Shown here in pieces: positions 1 through 9,164 of a DNA stretch of 59,933 nucleotides. The number at the start of each line of letters is the position of its first letter. Positions within the stretch are counted from its first letter, which is position 1. Source of the DNA: an uncultured bacterium (GTDB lineage Bacteria; Hydrothermota; Hydrothermia; LBFQ01). Made by a program: the position numbers and the translations under genes. The stretch spans positions 1 to 59,933 of the forward strand of contig CAYYQD010000004.1 of NCBI GenBank assembly GCA_964473735.1. Direction: 5' to 3'. The notes under the pieces are model-generated. The model ran no database searches and was not told where the DNA came from. It saw only the letters and a program-made list of their open reading frames with translations.

Positions 1-1122
1 CTGTTCTACGACTCAACCTTTAAAGGCAGGCTGGACCTTTCGGGTATCAGGATGGAGAGGGCGGTGGCAGGTCTCGGCGGTGAGTTTTCGGGTAAGGTGG
101 AGGGGGAGGCTCTGAGTGGGAGGGTTGAGCTCAAAGAGTCGGTATCGGCACCGGGTGGCAGGCTGGAGCTGATAAAGGTAAGGTTTGAGAAAGGAGAGGA
201 TAGTAAGCCTTCTTTTGTCCTTTCCGACATAACAGCAAAACTGGACGAGAGGAACTTCTACGTGTACGACCTTGACCTCTCTAAGGCCGAGGAGATACAC
301 ATAGAGAACGTAAACGTTGAGAACGTCAAATTCACCAACGTCTCGTGGGGGAAGGTGAGTACAGAACGCGTATCTCCCACCCTGCTTAAAAATAACCCTC
401 GTGCGGCGCGGGACATATACCGCCAGATAAAGTTCGCCCTTGACAGACAGGAGAACTACATAGACGCCCGCAGGTTCTACGCCGTTGAGCTGCAGGCCCA
501 CCGCCGTGAGCTGGAAGAAGGGCTCCTGTCCGTCCTATCACCGCGCCTGAGGGCACCTTTAGAACGGTTCGGTGTTAAGGTCGGGGTCTATCTCTCGGCC
601 ATTTTGATTGGAGCGCTGGTCTTTCTATCCCTCTACCTGATGCACCTGCTCCTTATCGTGCTAAAACTCAAAGGTCATGCGTTTTTCTCCATCCTCTTCA
701 CAGCGACACCCTTCGTCGTCATTGGGCTCATTTGCGCGCTCTTTCGGAAAGAGTGTGGTAAAATCCTCCCGGCATACGAGAAAATTCTGGTGTATTACCT
801 CTACGAAGACACGGCCGGTTTTGGCCTTACGTGGAGCAGGCCCGCCTCCGGTCTCCTTATCTCCCTCTTCGTTTATGAGCTCCTCCTATCGTTGTGGAAG
901 ATAGGGTGGCCCTACGTCTTCCTGTCAGATAGCCTTGGCGAGGCCTTCGCCAGCCTGTCAGGAGTTATGAACGCTATGGGGCGTACCCTTATACCCTCCT
1001 TTGTAGCATCGCAACTTAAGAACATAGAGGGTTTTGAGTTCGTCTCCTTCGTCTTTTACCTGCTCTTTGGCTACTTCATATACCAGACCATTCTGGCCCT
1101 GCGCCGTCAGGTGAAGCGTTAG
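1..1122 (+). CDS. Pentapeptide-repeat-like protein with C-terminal membrane domain (5' partial)
   Basis: Frame is open from base 1. Beta-repeat-like segment (IENVNVENVKFTNVSW), then ARDIYRQIKFALDRQENYIDARRFY and several hydrophobic helices, as in pentapeptide-repeat/ion-channel-like membrane proteins. Confidence 0.55.
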   Translation: MFYDSTFKGRLDLSGIRMERAVAGLGGEFSGKVEGEALSGRVELKESVSAPGGRLELIKVRFEKGEDSKPSFVLSDITAKLDERNFYVYDLDLSKAEEIHIENVNVENVKFTNVSWGKVSTERVSPTLLKNNPRAARDIYRQIKFALDRQENYIDARRFYAVELQAHRRELEEGLLSVLSPRLRAPLERFGVKVGVYLSAILIGALVFLSLYLMHLLLIVLKLKGHAFFSILFTATPFVVIGLICALFRKECGKILPAYEKILVYYLYEDTAGFGLTWSRPASGLLISLFVYELLLSLWKIGWPYVFLSDSLGEAFASLSGVMNAMGRTLIPSFVASQLKNIEGFEFVSFVFYLLFGYFIYQTILALRRQVKR

Positions 1123-1315
1123 AACACTCACCTCAACGGGAGCGTAGGACACGACCACCTCGCCTCTACCGCTGGCCTTTAACATCGCCAATACGTATCC
1201 GGCGGGAGGGCTAACGTGATCCGTCCTCCCAGTAATCGGGCCGAGCACTACGTCCGGGAGTGAAACGGCAGAGGGCGTTCCGTACCCTTCCGTTATCTCC
1301 GATAAAATACCCACG

Positions 1316-3940
1316 ATGCTCCTACTGACTCTCGTTCAGGTTAAGCTACCCCCGGGGCTGAGATTTCGCACCTACGAGAGCCCACACTTCTTAGTGCATT
1401 ACCATAAGGGTACAGAGAGGTGGGTCCCCAAAGTGGTGGATGTTGCCGAGAGTCTCTACACATCATACAGCCGTACTTTCGGATGGTCCCCGGGCAAGGT
1501 CAATATCGTCCTTATAGACGCCTACGATTTTTCCAACGGCTTTTCAACCCCCTTCCCCGAAAACGTAGTTACCCTTTACCTACAGCCCCCGGTGGGAGAG
1601 CCTTACTTCGGCAGTATGGAAGGATGGATTGAGGAGCTACTATCCCACGAGCTGGTTCATACCTTCCACCTTGACAAACCCCACCCCCTATGGGGAACTT
1701 TGCCTCTACCGGAGCTCTCACGTTTCATCTTCGGAAGGAACCCGGCCATGTGTGCCTTTCCCAACCTGCTGGACCCCGGATGGCAGATAGAGGGGATAGC
1801 GACGTACTACGAGTCTAAGGGGGGGTTCGGCAGGCTCAACAACCGCTACTTCACGGATCAGATGTTGGCCTACGTCAGGGACGGTGGAAGACTAACACCC
1901 GACCTCATGAGCATGTACGTGGATGAGTGGCCCTTCGGCAGGTGGTACCTGTGGGGAGGTATGTATCTGGACTTCTTAGCCCGCAGGAGGGGAGAGATGG
2001 AGGTGGTGGATAGGGTGGTGAATTCCTCCTACTTTGAGGATCCTATAACCTTCTGTTCCTGCGGGTGCATACCCGGTCCTTATCTCCTTCGGGAGATGGG
2101 GGATTTTGCCCGGTGGAGAACGGCCCTTAAGCTCAGGGCTATAAATCTCAAAAGGATGGGGTACAGGCTTCTGACGGAGAACGGTAGCGGTAAGGGTACC
2201 CTCTCCCTATCTCCCTCCGGTAGGTACCTCGCCTACACGGAAGACAACACCTACGAGTATCTGTCTCTGAAGGTGATGGACCTCAAAAGCGGAGAGGTCG
2301 TTCGGTCCGTCCGGGCCCTGACCACGGGCTCCGTCTCGTGGATGGGAGACAGCGTGGTACTCTTCGCCCAGTATCGGGTGGTGAAGAACTTCTACGTCTT
2401 TTCCGACCTCTACTCCCTCAACGTCGGCACCGGAGAGGTGAAGAGGCTAACCCGCGGAGAGAGGGCGCATTCTCCCGTCTCTACTCCCTACGGCATAGCC
2501 TACGTGCGGAGGGAGGGGCCGAGGCAGAGTATAGTACTTTTGGGCGGCGGGGTGCTGCTGCGCGGAAAGGAGTGGGAGGGTTTCACGGACCTGAAGTTCC
2601 ACGGAGATACCCTCTACTTCACCCTCTACCATCACGGATGGACGGACGTGGCCTACCTCCCCTGGGGAGAGGACTCCGTACATCTCCTTACCCAAACGAG
2701 GGAGCCGTCCCTCCTCTCCTACGTCGGAAAGGAGGGGGTACTCTTTACGGAGAACTACACCCCGGTTCTATTTAGGGATGGCGAGTTCCGGAGGCTGGCG
2801 CGGAACCCCCTCTCCCTCCTCTACCCCCAGCCTCATGGCGACAGCCTGATAGCGCTGGCACTAAGGGGAAAGGGCCTTGACGTGGCCGTGCTTCCGATCA
2901 GAAGCGAGGCCCTCTCACTACCCAGAGATTACCGAAAGGATACGAAGGTGCCACCCCTTGACCTGTCGTCCTCCCGCCCCTACAACCCCATACCCCACCT
3001 GCTACCCAAGTTCTGGCAACCTTTGGCCTTCGCTTACGAGTCGTGGGACACCTCCCTTATAACCATGTTGGCCGGCTTTTTTACCCTCGGAAGCGACGTC
3101 CTATACAGACACTCCTACACCCTCACCTACATAAGTGGCGTCCAGATAATAAACCCCGACACCTCCCTCCACAACGACCTCTTCCTATCCTACACTTACG
3201 ACGGCCTCTTCCCTACTCTGGGCTTTAACCTTCAGATGAGCACCGCCACCGATCCCCGCTTTCGGCTGAAGTCGTACGACATCACCCTTGAGCCTGAGGT
3301 TATGGTACCCTTCAACCACATAGACGGCGAAGAGAGGATAGGCTTATTCCTGACCGGCAGGTGGTTTTCGGACACGAGCACCTTAGCAGTGGGGGTAGAG
3401 GGGAGCATAACGCGAGCCTACGCGTACAAGCCCACGGCTACGGTCGTAGCGGACGGTTTCGCCCTCAGGGGGTACGTATCTTACAACGGTGCCCCCGGAT
3501 TCGGCCTGTCCGGGGTTCTGGCCTTCAGGAAGTGGCTCCTCTTAAACGTCAGGTTTGATGGGTTCGCCCTCCCCTATCCGTCTTACGTTCCCCTGTACAA
3601 CTACCCCAGTTTTACCGTTATCTCCGATACTTTCGCCCACGTTTCCCTCTCGCTCTATCCGGACATCTTCTCCCCCGGTTTTCCCGACCTGTACGTGAGC
3701 CTGATACCCCCATCCCCATGGGCCTTCTTCTCCCATCTGGCGCTGACACGGGCCTACCCGAGCCTGACGCTTGAGTACCTGCATTACGGTGGAGAGGTAC
3801 TCTCGGACTACGAGGAGGACGTCCCCCACCTCATAATCAACGGCAACTTTGAACTCCTCCTGTTTTCCCGGGTCCCCTTAAGGCTCACCGTAGGGTACGA
3901 GGTCTTTCCGCAGAGAGGAGTTAGAGCATCTTTGAGATAA
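1316..3940 (+). CDS. Secreted/outer-membrane protein: HEXXH metallopeptidase-like domain, TolB/PD40-like beta-propeller and probable C-terminal beta-barrel
   Basis: SHELVHTFH followed by EGIATYYE (gluzincin-like); SLSPSGRYLAY and LTRGERAHSP propeller repeats; C-terminal amphipathic beta-strands. Confidence 0.7.
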   Translation: MLLLTLVQVKLPPGLRFRTYESPHFLVHYHKGTERWVPKVVDVAESLYTSYSRTFGWSPGKVNIVLIDAYDFSNGFSTPFPENVVTLYLQPPVGEPYFGSMEGWIEELLSHELVHTFHLDKPHPLWGTLPLPELSRFIFGRNPAMCAFPNLLDPGWQIEGIATYYESKGGFGRLNNRYFTDQMLAYVRDGGRLTPDLMSMYVDEWPFGRWYLWGGMYLDFLARRRGEMEVVDRVVNSSYFEDPITFCSCGCIPGPYLLREMGDFARWRTALKLRAINLKRMGYRLLTENGSGKGTLSLSPSGRYLAYTEDNTYEYLSLKVMDLKSGEVVRSVRALTTGSVSWMGDSVVLFAQYRVVKNFYVFSDLYSLNVGTGEVKRLTRGERAHSPVSTPYGIAYVRREGPRQSIVLLGGGVLLRGKEWEGFTDLKFHGDTLYFTLYHHGWTDVAYLPWGEDSVHLLTQTREPSLLSYVGKEGVLFTENYTPVLFRDGEFRRLARNPLSLLYPQPHGDSLIALALRGKGLDVAVLPIRSEALSLPRDYRKDTKVPPLDLSSSRPYNPIPHLLPKFWQPLAFAYESWDTSLITMLAGFFTLGSDVLYRHSYTLTYISGVQIINPDTSLHNDLFLSYTYDGLFPTLGFNLQMSTATDPRFRLKSYDITLEPEVMVPFNHIDGEERIGLFLTGRWFSDTSTLAVGVEGSITRAYAYKPTATVVADGFALRGYVSYNGAPGFGLSGVLAFRKWLLLNVRFDGFALPYPSYVPLYNYPSFTVISDTFAHVSLSLYPDIFSPGFPDLYVSLIPPSPWAFFSHLALTRAYPSLTLEYLHYGGEVLSDYEEDVPHLIINGNFELLLFSRVPLRLTVGYEVFPQRGVRASLR

Positions 3941-3951
3941 CGGGGACAGCC

Positions 3952-5334
3952 ATGGGGTTGCTCCATCTCAACGTCCCGGGTAGAAAGAGTCTCAAGGAGG
4001 TCCTTGAAAAGGACTGGGAGAGGGTAGAAAAGGCCTTCTCCTCCCCCGTAAGACGTCGCGGGGAAGATTACTTCTCCTCGGGGAAGGTCATTCCGACGGA
4101 CATAATGGAGAACTTGGCCTTTTTCAGGTCTTCCGGTCAGTTTGCCACCTCCTACTCCATAACCGTGTCCTACGATAAGGACACCCTTATCGGCACCTGT
4201 ACCTGTCCAGCGGACCCCCCATGTAAGCATATATACGCTTCCCTTCTCTTACTCAAGAGGAAAGGAAGGCCGGGAGTCAGAGAGGTTCTGATGAGGTTGC
4301 ACAAGGAGGAGCTGGTTGAGGTCCTGTTGGACTACCTGCCCGATGACGTGAGGATCGCTCTGACGTGGGGGCCGCAGAGGGCTCTCCTTGAGGCCCAAAA
4401 GGGGGATGTATTCCCTCTCATAGAAGTTCTCCCTTTCGTCCCGGCAACATACGACCCCTTTGAATCTCTGGCATTCCTTAAGAGGGCTATGAAAGTCCTG
4501 TGGGAGAGCGAAGTCCCCTGCCCTCACACCTTCTCCCTCGCCTTCAGGAGCGTGGTCAGGAGGGCGGAGGATAAGGTGCGCACCCTCCTACGGATACACG
4601 AGATGCTCACCTCGTACGAGTGCGACCTACCCCTGAACTTCGGGGACTTACTGACGGAGGAGGAGAGGAGAAGGGCCTACGAGGAGGGGGTACCTTACGA
4701 CCTCATCAAGGTTGCGGGGGAGACACCTCCGAAACGGTTGGCCTTCTCCAGCGCCGAAGCCTGTATGGACTACCTCCTGAACACACCCTTACCCGAAGAG
4801 GAGGCCAGAGAGATGGCGAGGGAGTGCATAGACAGGTTCGGTCTCTTTCCACCCCTCGTCCTGTTCTACCTTCAGGTCGGAGGAGAGCCGGAGATTTCTC
4901 TGAAACTCCTATCCAACAAGCCAAAGGCATCTCTACTCTTAGCGTTAAAGGACTTAGTATCCGACGAGACCTTTTCCCGGCTGAAGAGCATCCTTAAGAG
5001 CCTGTCCCCGGAGGAGTACGCCCTATACGTAGCGGAGAGCTCTCCGAAGGACCTGTTTAGCCTGAAAGGGGAGGTGGATGAGGACTTCCTCACTGATCTG
5101 ATCCTCAAGAACGCCGGACGGATAGGGGAACCAGTATTACCCTTGGTGAAAGAGGAGGTCATGCGGATAGCCTCCGGCAGGAGGTGGAGGCTGTACCCCA
5201 GAGCCATTGAACTTCTTAAGGTTATGCGAGAAATATCGCCTCGCGAGTACGAGCGCACCGTAAAGTACATAAGGGAGAACTTCCGGGGAAAACGGAGATT
5301 AATGGAGATGTTAGAGGAGGAGTTAGGGGATTAG
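3952..5334 (+). CDS. SWIM zinc-finger domain protein
   Basis: CTCPADPPCKHIYA (CxC..CxH) preceded by RGEDYF; helical remainder. Confidence 0.8.
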   Translation: MGLLHLNVPGRKSLKEVLEKDWERVEKAFSSPVRRRGEDYFSSGKVIPTDIMENLAFFRSSGQFATSYSITVSYDKDTLIGTCTCPADPPCKHIYASLLLLKRKGRPGVREVLMRLHKEELVEVLLDYLPDDVRIALTWGPQRALLEAQKGDVFPLIEVLPFVPATYDPFESLAFLKRAMKVLWESEVPCPHTFSLAFRSVVRRAEDKVRTLLRIHEMLTSYECDLPLNFGDLLTEEERRRAYEEGVPYDLIKVAGETPPKRLAFSSAEACMDYLLNTPLPEEEAREMARECIDRFGLFPPLVLFYLQVGGEPEISLKLLSNKPKASLLLALKDLVSDETFSRLKSILKSLSPEEYALYVAESSPKDLFSLKGEVDEDFLTDLILKNAGRIGEPVLPLVKEEVMRIASGRRWRLYPRAIELLKVMREISPREYERTVKYIRENFRGKRRLMEMLEEELGD

Positions 5335-6774
5335 CACCGTGGTCGTCCGCCCTCCGAACCTGACGAACCACAGACCCTTACGGAGTTTTACCCTTCTCCT
5401 CCCGGATACTTTGATATCCATCACCTTACGACCGTCTATATCGTAAACGGTCAGGCGACCCTCCCCCTCAATCAGAATGCCACCCTCCACAGGGACGACG
5501 GACAGGGACCTCCGGGGGGCTTCGGCTACGGAGGTCGGGTCCCCCACCTTGAGTACCAATATGTCCGCGTCCGTAGGGGAGGACTGGGACAGGGCGCACA
5601 CGTAGACGGCAGCATCGCCGTAGAGTACGGCGCGGGCGTCGTCGTCTAAGGAGTAGGGGGAGTCATACACGAAGGTCCATAGGGTGTCTCCGCTCTCCGG
5701 CTCCAGTTTAACGATAAGTACGTCCCTACCCGTGCCGGCTCCTACGGAGTACCCCACAGCCACGACCCCACCGTCTGGGGCCAACACCACCTTACGGAAT
5801 ACGTCGTCCGAGTTGAAAGGGCCGTTGTAGGAGAACTCCCACAGGAGGTTGCCCAGGGTGTCCAGCTTCACGACGTAGGCGTCCCTCCCGTTTATGCCGT
5901 TGTCCAGATAGCCCACGGCGTATATGTGACCGTAGCCGTCGCCGGTGAGGGCGAGGGCAATATCGTTATCGTTGTTTGCACCGTTCCTGCTGTAGTACCA
6001 CCGGACCCCTCCGGTCTCCCTCTGGAGCTGTGCGACGTAGAAGTCCCCGTCCTTTATCCCCGCCACCACCGGATGACCGTTCGGAGCTTCGGCCACGGCC
6101 CAGAACTTTCCGTTGTTAGGTGTTATGCTCCAGATTTCACTGCCGTCCATCCCAACACTCTGGGCCTCCGCGTCCGCACCGAAGCCCACGGCGACGATAG
6201 AGCCATCGGAGAGAGGGGCAGCGGCCGTGTAGGAGTACCCTCCCGGCTGGTACCTCCACACCTTGGATCCCGTGCTCCTATCCACCTTCAGGACGAAGCG
6301 CCGGCTCGGGGTAAAGAGGCTGGAGCTGTAAGTCTCGTAGTCCGTACCGTAGGCGTAGTAGTGCCCGTCTCCCCCTATAACCACCCCGGAGAACCCCTCC
6401 CTGCGGCTGCAACCGTCGGCCGAATCAACGTACATCCAGACCGTACTCCCGTCCCGGACCTTGGCGACGAAGCCGCAGGCCTGATCGTCCCCCGAATAGG
6501 GGTAGGAGGTACCACCCAAGACGAAGGTGGAGTCCGAAGGGTCAAGCAGTACGCTCTTAACGTTGGATCTACCGTTTCCGGGAAAGGCGAAGATGTACTG
6601 CCAGAGAAAGGAGCCGTCGTAGGAATCAAGCTCGGAGACGTACAGGGCGTCTCCGTAGTTTCCGGCTACCACCGGATTGCCGCTAAGGGAGAAGGCCATG
6701 GAGTAGCAGAGGTCGTTCCCTCCACCGTCTATACGGACTTCCCATATAGGAGACTGCACTACCAGAAGGAGCAT
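5323..6774 (-). CDS. Secreted beta-propeller repeat protein with T9SS-type C-terminal sorting domain
   Basis: Repeated VVKLD..G..LW blades; C-terminus TSVAE...VYDIDGRKV...GLWFVR...VLIP. Confidence 0.75.
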   Translation of the reverse strand: MLLLVVQSPIWEVRIDGGGNDLCYSMAFSLSGNPVVAGNYGDALYVSELDSYDGSFLWQYIFAFPGNGRSNVKSVLLDPSDSTFVLGGTSYPYSGDDQACGFVAKVRDGSTVWMYVDSADGCSRREGFSGVVIGGDGHYYAYGTDYETYSSSLFTPSRRFVLKVDRSTGSKVWRYQPGGYSYTAAAPLSDGSIVAVGFGADAEAQSVGMDGSEIWSITPNNGKFWAVAEAPNGHPVVAGIKDGDFYVAQLQRETGGVRWYYSRNGANNDNDIALALTGDGYGHIYAVGYLDNGINGRDAYVVKLDTLGNLLWEFSYNGPFNSDDVFRKVVLAPDGGVVAVGYSVGAGTGRDVLIVKLEPESGDTLWTFVYDSPYSLDDDARAVLYGDAAVYVCALSQSSPTDADILVLKVGDPTSVAEAPRRSLSVVPVEGGILIEGEGRLTVYDIDGRKVMDIKVSGRRRVKLRKGLWFVRFGGRTTTVLIP

Positions 6775-6822
6775 ACCGAATTCTACGCCGGGACATCGCC
6801 ACCCGTAAGGTTTTACCCCGGG

Positions 6823-7428
6823 TTATACGACCATCTCCTCCGGAGGTCCGAATCTGGCGTGGAGATAGGTGTAGAGCTCGTTGGGACTTACGACGCTGCA
6901 TCCGTGCTCCATCTCCCTGAATAGCTCCGGGAACATCTTATGCACGAACTCGGAGCATATCAGCGCTGTCTCTCTGCCTCTCACGTACGGGAAAAGGAAG
7001 GAGAGGACGTCCTTCCAGTAGTACCCAACGAAACCCAACGGGTGCCTCCTCCTCCACCTGCACTCAAACTCCCTCGCCTTTATTCGGAAGAACCGCTCTA
7101 CGAACTCCCGAAGGCTCACCCTGTAGTGAAACCTCACGATCCGCATACCCCTGACGAAGTGGAGGTCGCTCCTTCTGATGACTATACCGTGCTTGTAGTC
7201 CGACTCAACGATATAGTCGGTGCCGTCCAGATTGAGCATTATCCCGGCGTGGGAGAAGATATTTTTAAAGTGTTCGTTCTCCTTGACGTTGAATATGTGT
7301 TTCAGGGTGATAAGGACCGACCTAAATGCGGGCCATCCTAAAACGCAATGGTAGAAGCTGTACAGTCCTATCCCCCTGCTGATGAGGGAAGTGTATTTGT
7401 AGGAGAAGTAAATATACACGTCAAGCAT
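6823..7428 (-). CDS. Permuted papain-like (YiiX/YebB-like NlpC/P60) hydrolase
   Basis: FSHAGI (His) N-terminal to ICSEFV (Cys), VSPNEL near the end; TAAAAT 6 nt before ATG. Confidence 0.7.
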   Translation of the reverse strand: MLDVYIYFSYKYTSLISRGIGLYSFYHCVLGWPAFRSVLITLKHIFNVKENEHFKNIFSHAGIMLNLDGTDYIVESDYKHGIVIRRSDLHFVRGMRIVRFHYRVSLREFVERFFRIKAREFECRWRRRHPLGFVGYYWKDVLSFLFPYVRGRETALICSEFVHKMFPELFREMEHGCSVVSPNELYTYLHARFGPPEEMVV

Positions 7429-7434
7429 TCGGAG

Positions 7435-7462
7435 ATTTTACCGGGGACTCCGACCTTAGAAT
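7435..7462. promoter_or_regulatory. Back-to-back divergent leaderless -10 elements
   Basis: TAAAAT (minus, 7440-7435) and TAGAAT (plus, 7457-7462), 6 and 8 nt from their start codons. Confidence 0.7.
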
Positions 7463-7470
7463 CCGCTGGC

Positions 7471-8010
7471 ATGCTCCTCTTTCCCCTCCTGTCGGCCGAT
7501 ACCTCCTCCGCGGACACCGTAGATACCCTGATAAGGAGGGATACCTTCCTCAGGTCCCCTACGGCCGCGGCCGTCAGGTCCGCCGTGCTGCCGGGATGGG
7601 GCCAGTGGTACAACGGGGCCTACGCCAAAGGTGTAGTCCTGGGACTAATAACCGTGGGCGCCACGGCCAACACCATTTACAGGTACCTTCAGATGAGGAG
7701 GGTCGGGTCCTACTCCCACGACCTCACCTCCGCCTTCCTTGGGGCACTCATACTCAACGTAGCCGCTTGGGGATACACCGTAGCCGACGCCTTCGTGGAC
7801 GCCTACCTCTACGGCCTCAAAGAGTACAGGGACACCCTAAAGGCAGACCTATCCACCCCCGGCTCCCCCCCTTCAGCGCAGGAACCTCCTGATAAAAAGT
7901 ACGACCAGAACGACGACGGCGACGGCGGTAAGGTTGATGTTAAGGGCTCTGGCGAACCCAACGTGAGAGGCGAGGATGTCGTTCCACCTTCCGAGGATGA
8001 GGACCGTTGA
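7471..8010 (+). CDS. DUF5683-like membrane protein
   Basis: RSAVLPGWGQWYNG and ADAFVDAYL motifs; start reassigned to ATG 7471 after TAGAAT. Confidence 0.75.
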   Translation: MLLFPLLSADTSSADTVDTLIRRDTFLRSPTAAAVRSAVLPGWGQWYNGAYAKGVVLGLITVGATANTIYRYLQMRRVGSYSHDLTSAFLGALILNVAAWGYTVADAFVDAYLYGLKEYRDTLKADLSTPGSPPSAQEPPDKKYDQNDDGDGGKVDVKGSGEPNVRGEDVVPPSEDEDR

Positions 8011-9120
8011 GGTAAAGGTTAAGGCATTCACTATGTCCTTGAGGATCACAACCCTGCCCAGGTACTCGGCGGTTGAGTACTTCTGAAAGATAGAGTCAAG
8101 GGCTATAAAGCCTATGGAGGTAAATACACCACCCAGAGCCGCGATGGGAAGGAGGATCCAGACGTTGGTCGTAAGGGCGAGACCGAACATGGATAGGGCT
8201 AAGAAGAATATGCTGTTCCACAGGTTCCTGTACTCCTTTGACGGCAGGACCCTCCCGGCCAGATAGGATCCAAGGAAGAGGCCGAGCCCATACACGCCGC
8301 CCGCGACCCCGAGCTGCGAGGTAGTGGTGTGCCCTATCTTCTGGAGCTTCACGATACCTAAGATGTACGTCGCTCCACCCACGAAGGATATGAGGGCGGC
8401 GGCTATTAGTGAGTGCATAAGTATCTTCCTCTTACGGACGAACCTTACGGCCTCCTTCACGGCCGAGACGTAGTGTAGGCTCGTCCCGTTCCCCTGGGGT
8501 TTTATGTACTCGCCGGATACGGCTAAAAATATCAGGAGGAAGGCCGACGCGAAGAAGGTGGTCGCATCCACCGTGAGGCCCACCTCCCAACCCTCAAAGC
8601 CGAACCTCTTCCACAGATGCTGATCCGATATTATGCCCCCTAAGAGTATGCCCAGACCCGTGGCTATCCTCCCCCAGAAGCTCATCAGTCCGTTTATTAC
8701 GGCTATCCTGTCCTTACTCCGGGCCACATGTACCACCACGCCGTTCTTGGCGGAGTTGAACAGGACGGTGAAGGTGAATACGGCGAAAACGGAGGCGTAT
8801 ACCACGACCATCCTTCCGGTACTCTTAAACAGGAAGGGGATAGCAAGGACTATGAGGCCCCGCATGATGTCGGCGAAGGCCATAAGGTACTTCCGGTTGA
8901 AACGGTCGGCTATCGCTCCAGCGATGGGGCCGAAGACGGCTACGGGTATGACCGTCCAGAAGGCCAAGAAACCGTACTCCGTGGAACCCGTGGCGTGGAG
9001 GCCCAATAGGCCTAAGATGGCCATGTTGTTTATACGGTCCCCCAGCTGCGATATTGCCTGCGAAAAGGTCAGTATAGCCACGTTCCTGTCCTTCAAGAGC
9101 TTGACTTCCTGTATGGGCAA
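7873..9120 (-). CDS. MFS transporter
   Basis: QAISQLGD and GAIADRFNRK (MFS motif A), about 12 TM segments. Confidence 0.9.
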   Translation of the reverse strand: MPIQEVKLLKDRNVAILTFSQAISQLGDRINNMAILGLLGLHATGSTEYGFLAFWTVIPVAVFGPIAGAIADRFNRKYLMAFADIMRGLIVLAIPFLFKSTGRMVVVYASVFAVFTFTVLFNSAKNGVVVHVARSKDRIAVINGLMSFWGRIATGLGILLGGIISDQHLWKRFGFEGWEVGLTVDATTFFASAFLLIFLAVSGEYIKPQGNGTSLHYVSAVKEAVRFVRKRKILMHSLIAAALISFVGGATYILGIVKLQKIGHTTTSQLGVAGGVYGLGLFLGSYLAGRVLPSKEYRNLWNSIFFLALSMFGLALTTNVWILLPIAALGGVFTSIGFIALDSIFQKYSTAEYLGRVVILKDIVNALTFTSTVLILGRWNDILASHVGFARALNINLTAVAVVVLVVLFIRRFLR

Positions 9121-9128
9121 AGGATGGG

Positions 9129-9158
9129 ATTCTACAGGAGGAGTTTCACCTCTAAAAT
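9129..9158. promoter_or_regulatory. Back-to-back divergent leaderless -10 elements
   Basis: TAGAAT (minus, 9134-9129) and TAAAAT (plus, 9153-9158). Confidence 0.7.
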
Positions 9159-9164
9159 TCAGCG

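Noticed and set aside
958-1314. 118-aa minus-strand ORF
   Set aside because: Overlaps the upstream gene by 165 bp and covers the promoter of 1316; no motif. It cannot be supported, though a gene remnant is possible
5926-6924. Long antisense ORFs (also 30569-31492, 35669-36445, 37553-38242, 53470-54927)
   Set aside because: Shadow frames of well-supported genes, expected with GC-rich biased codons
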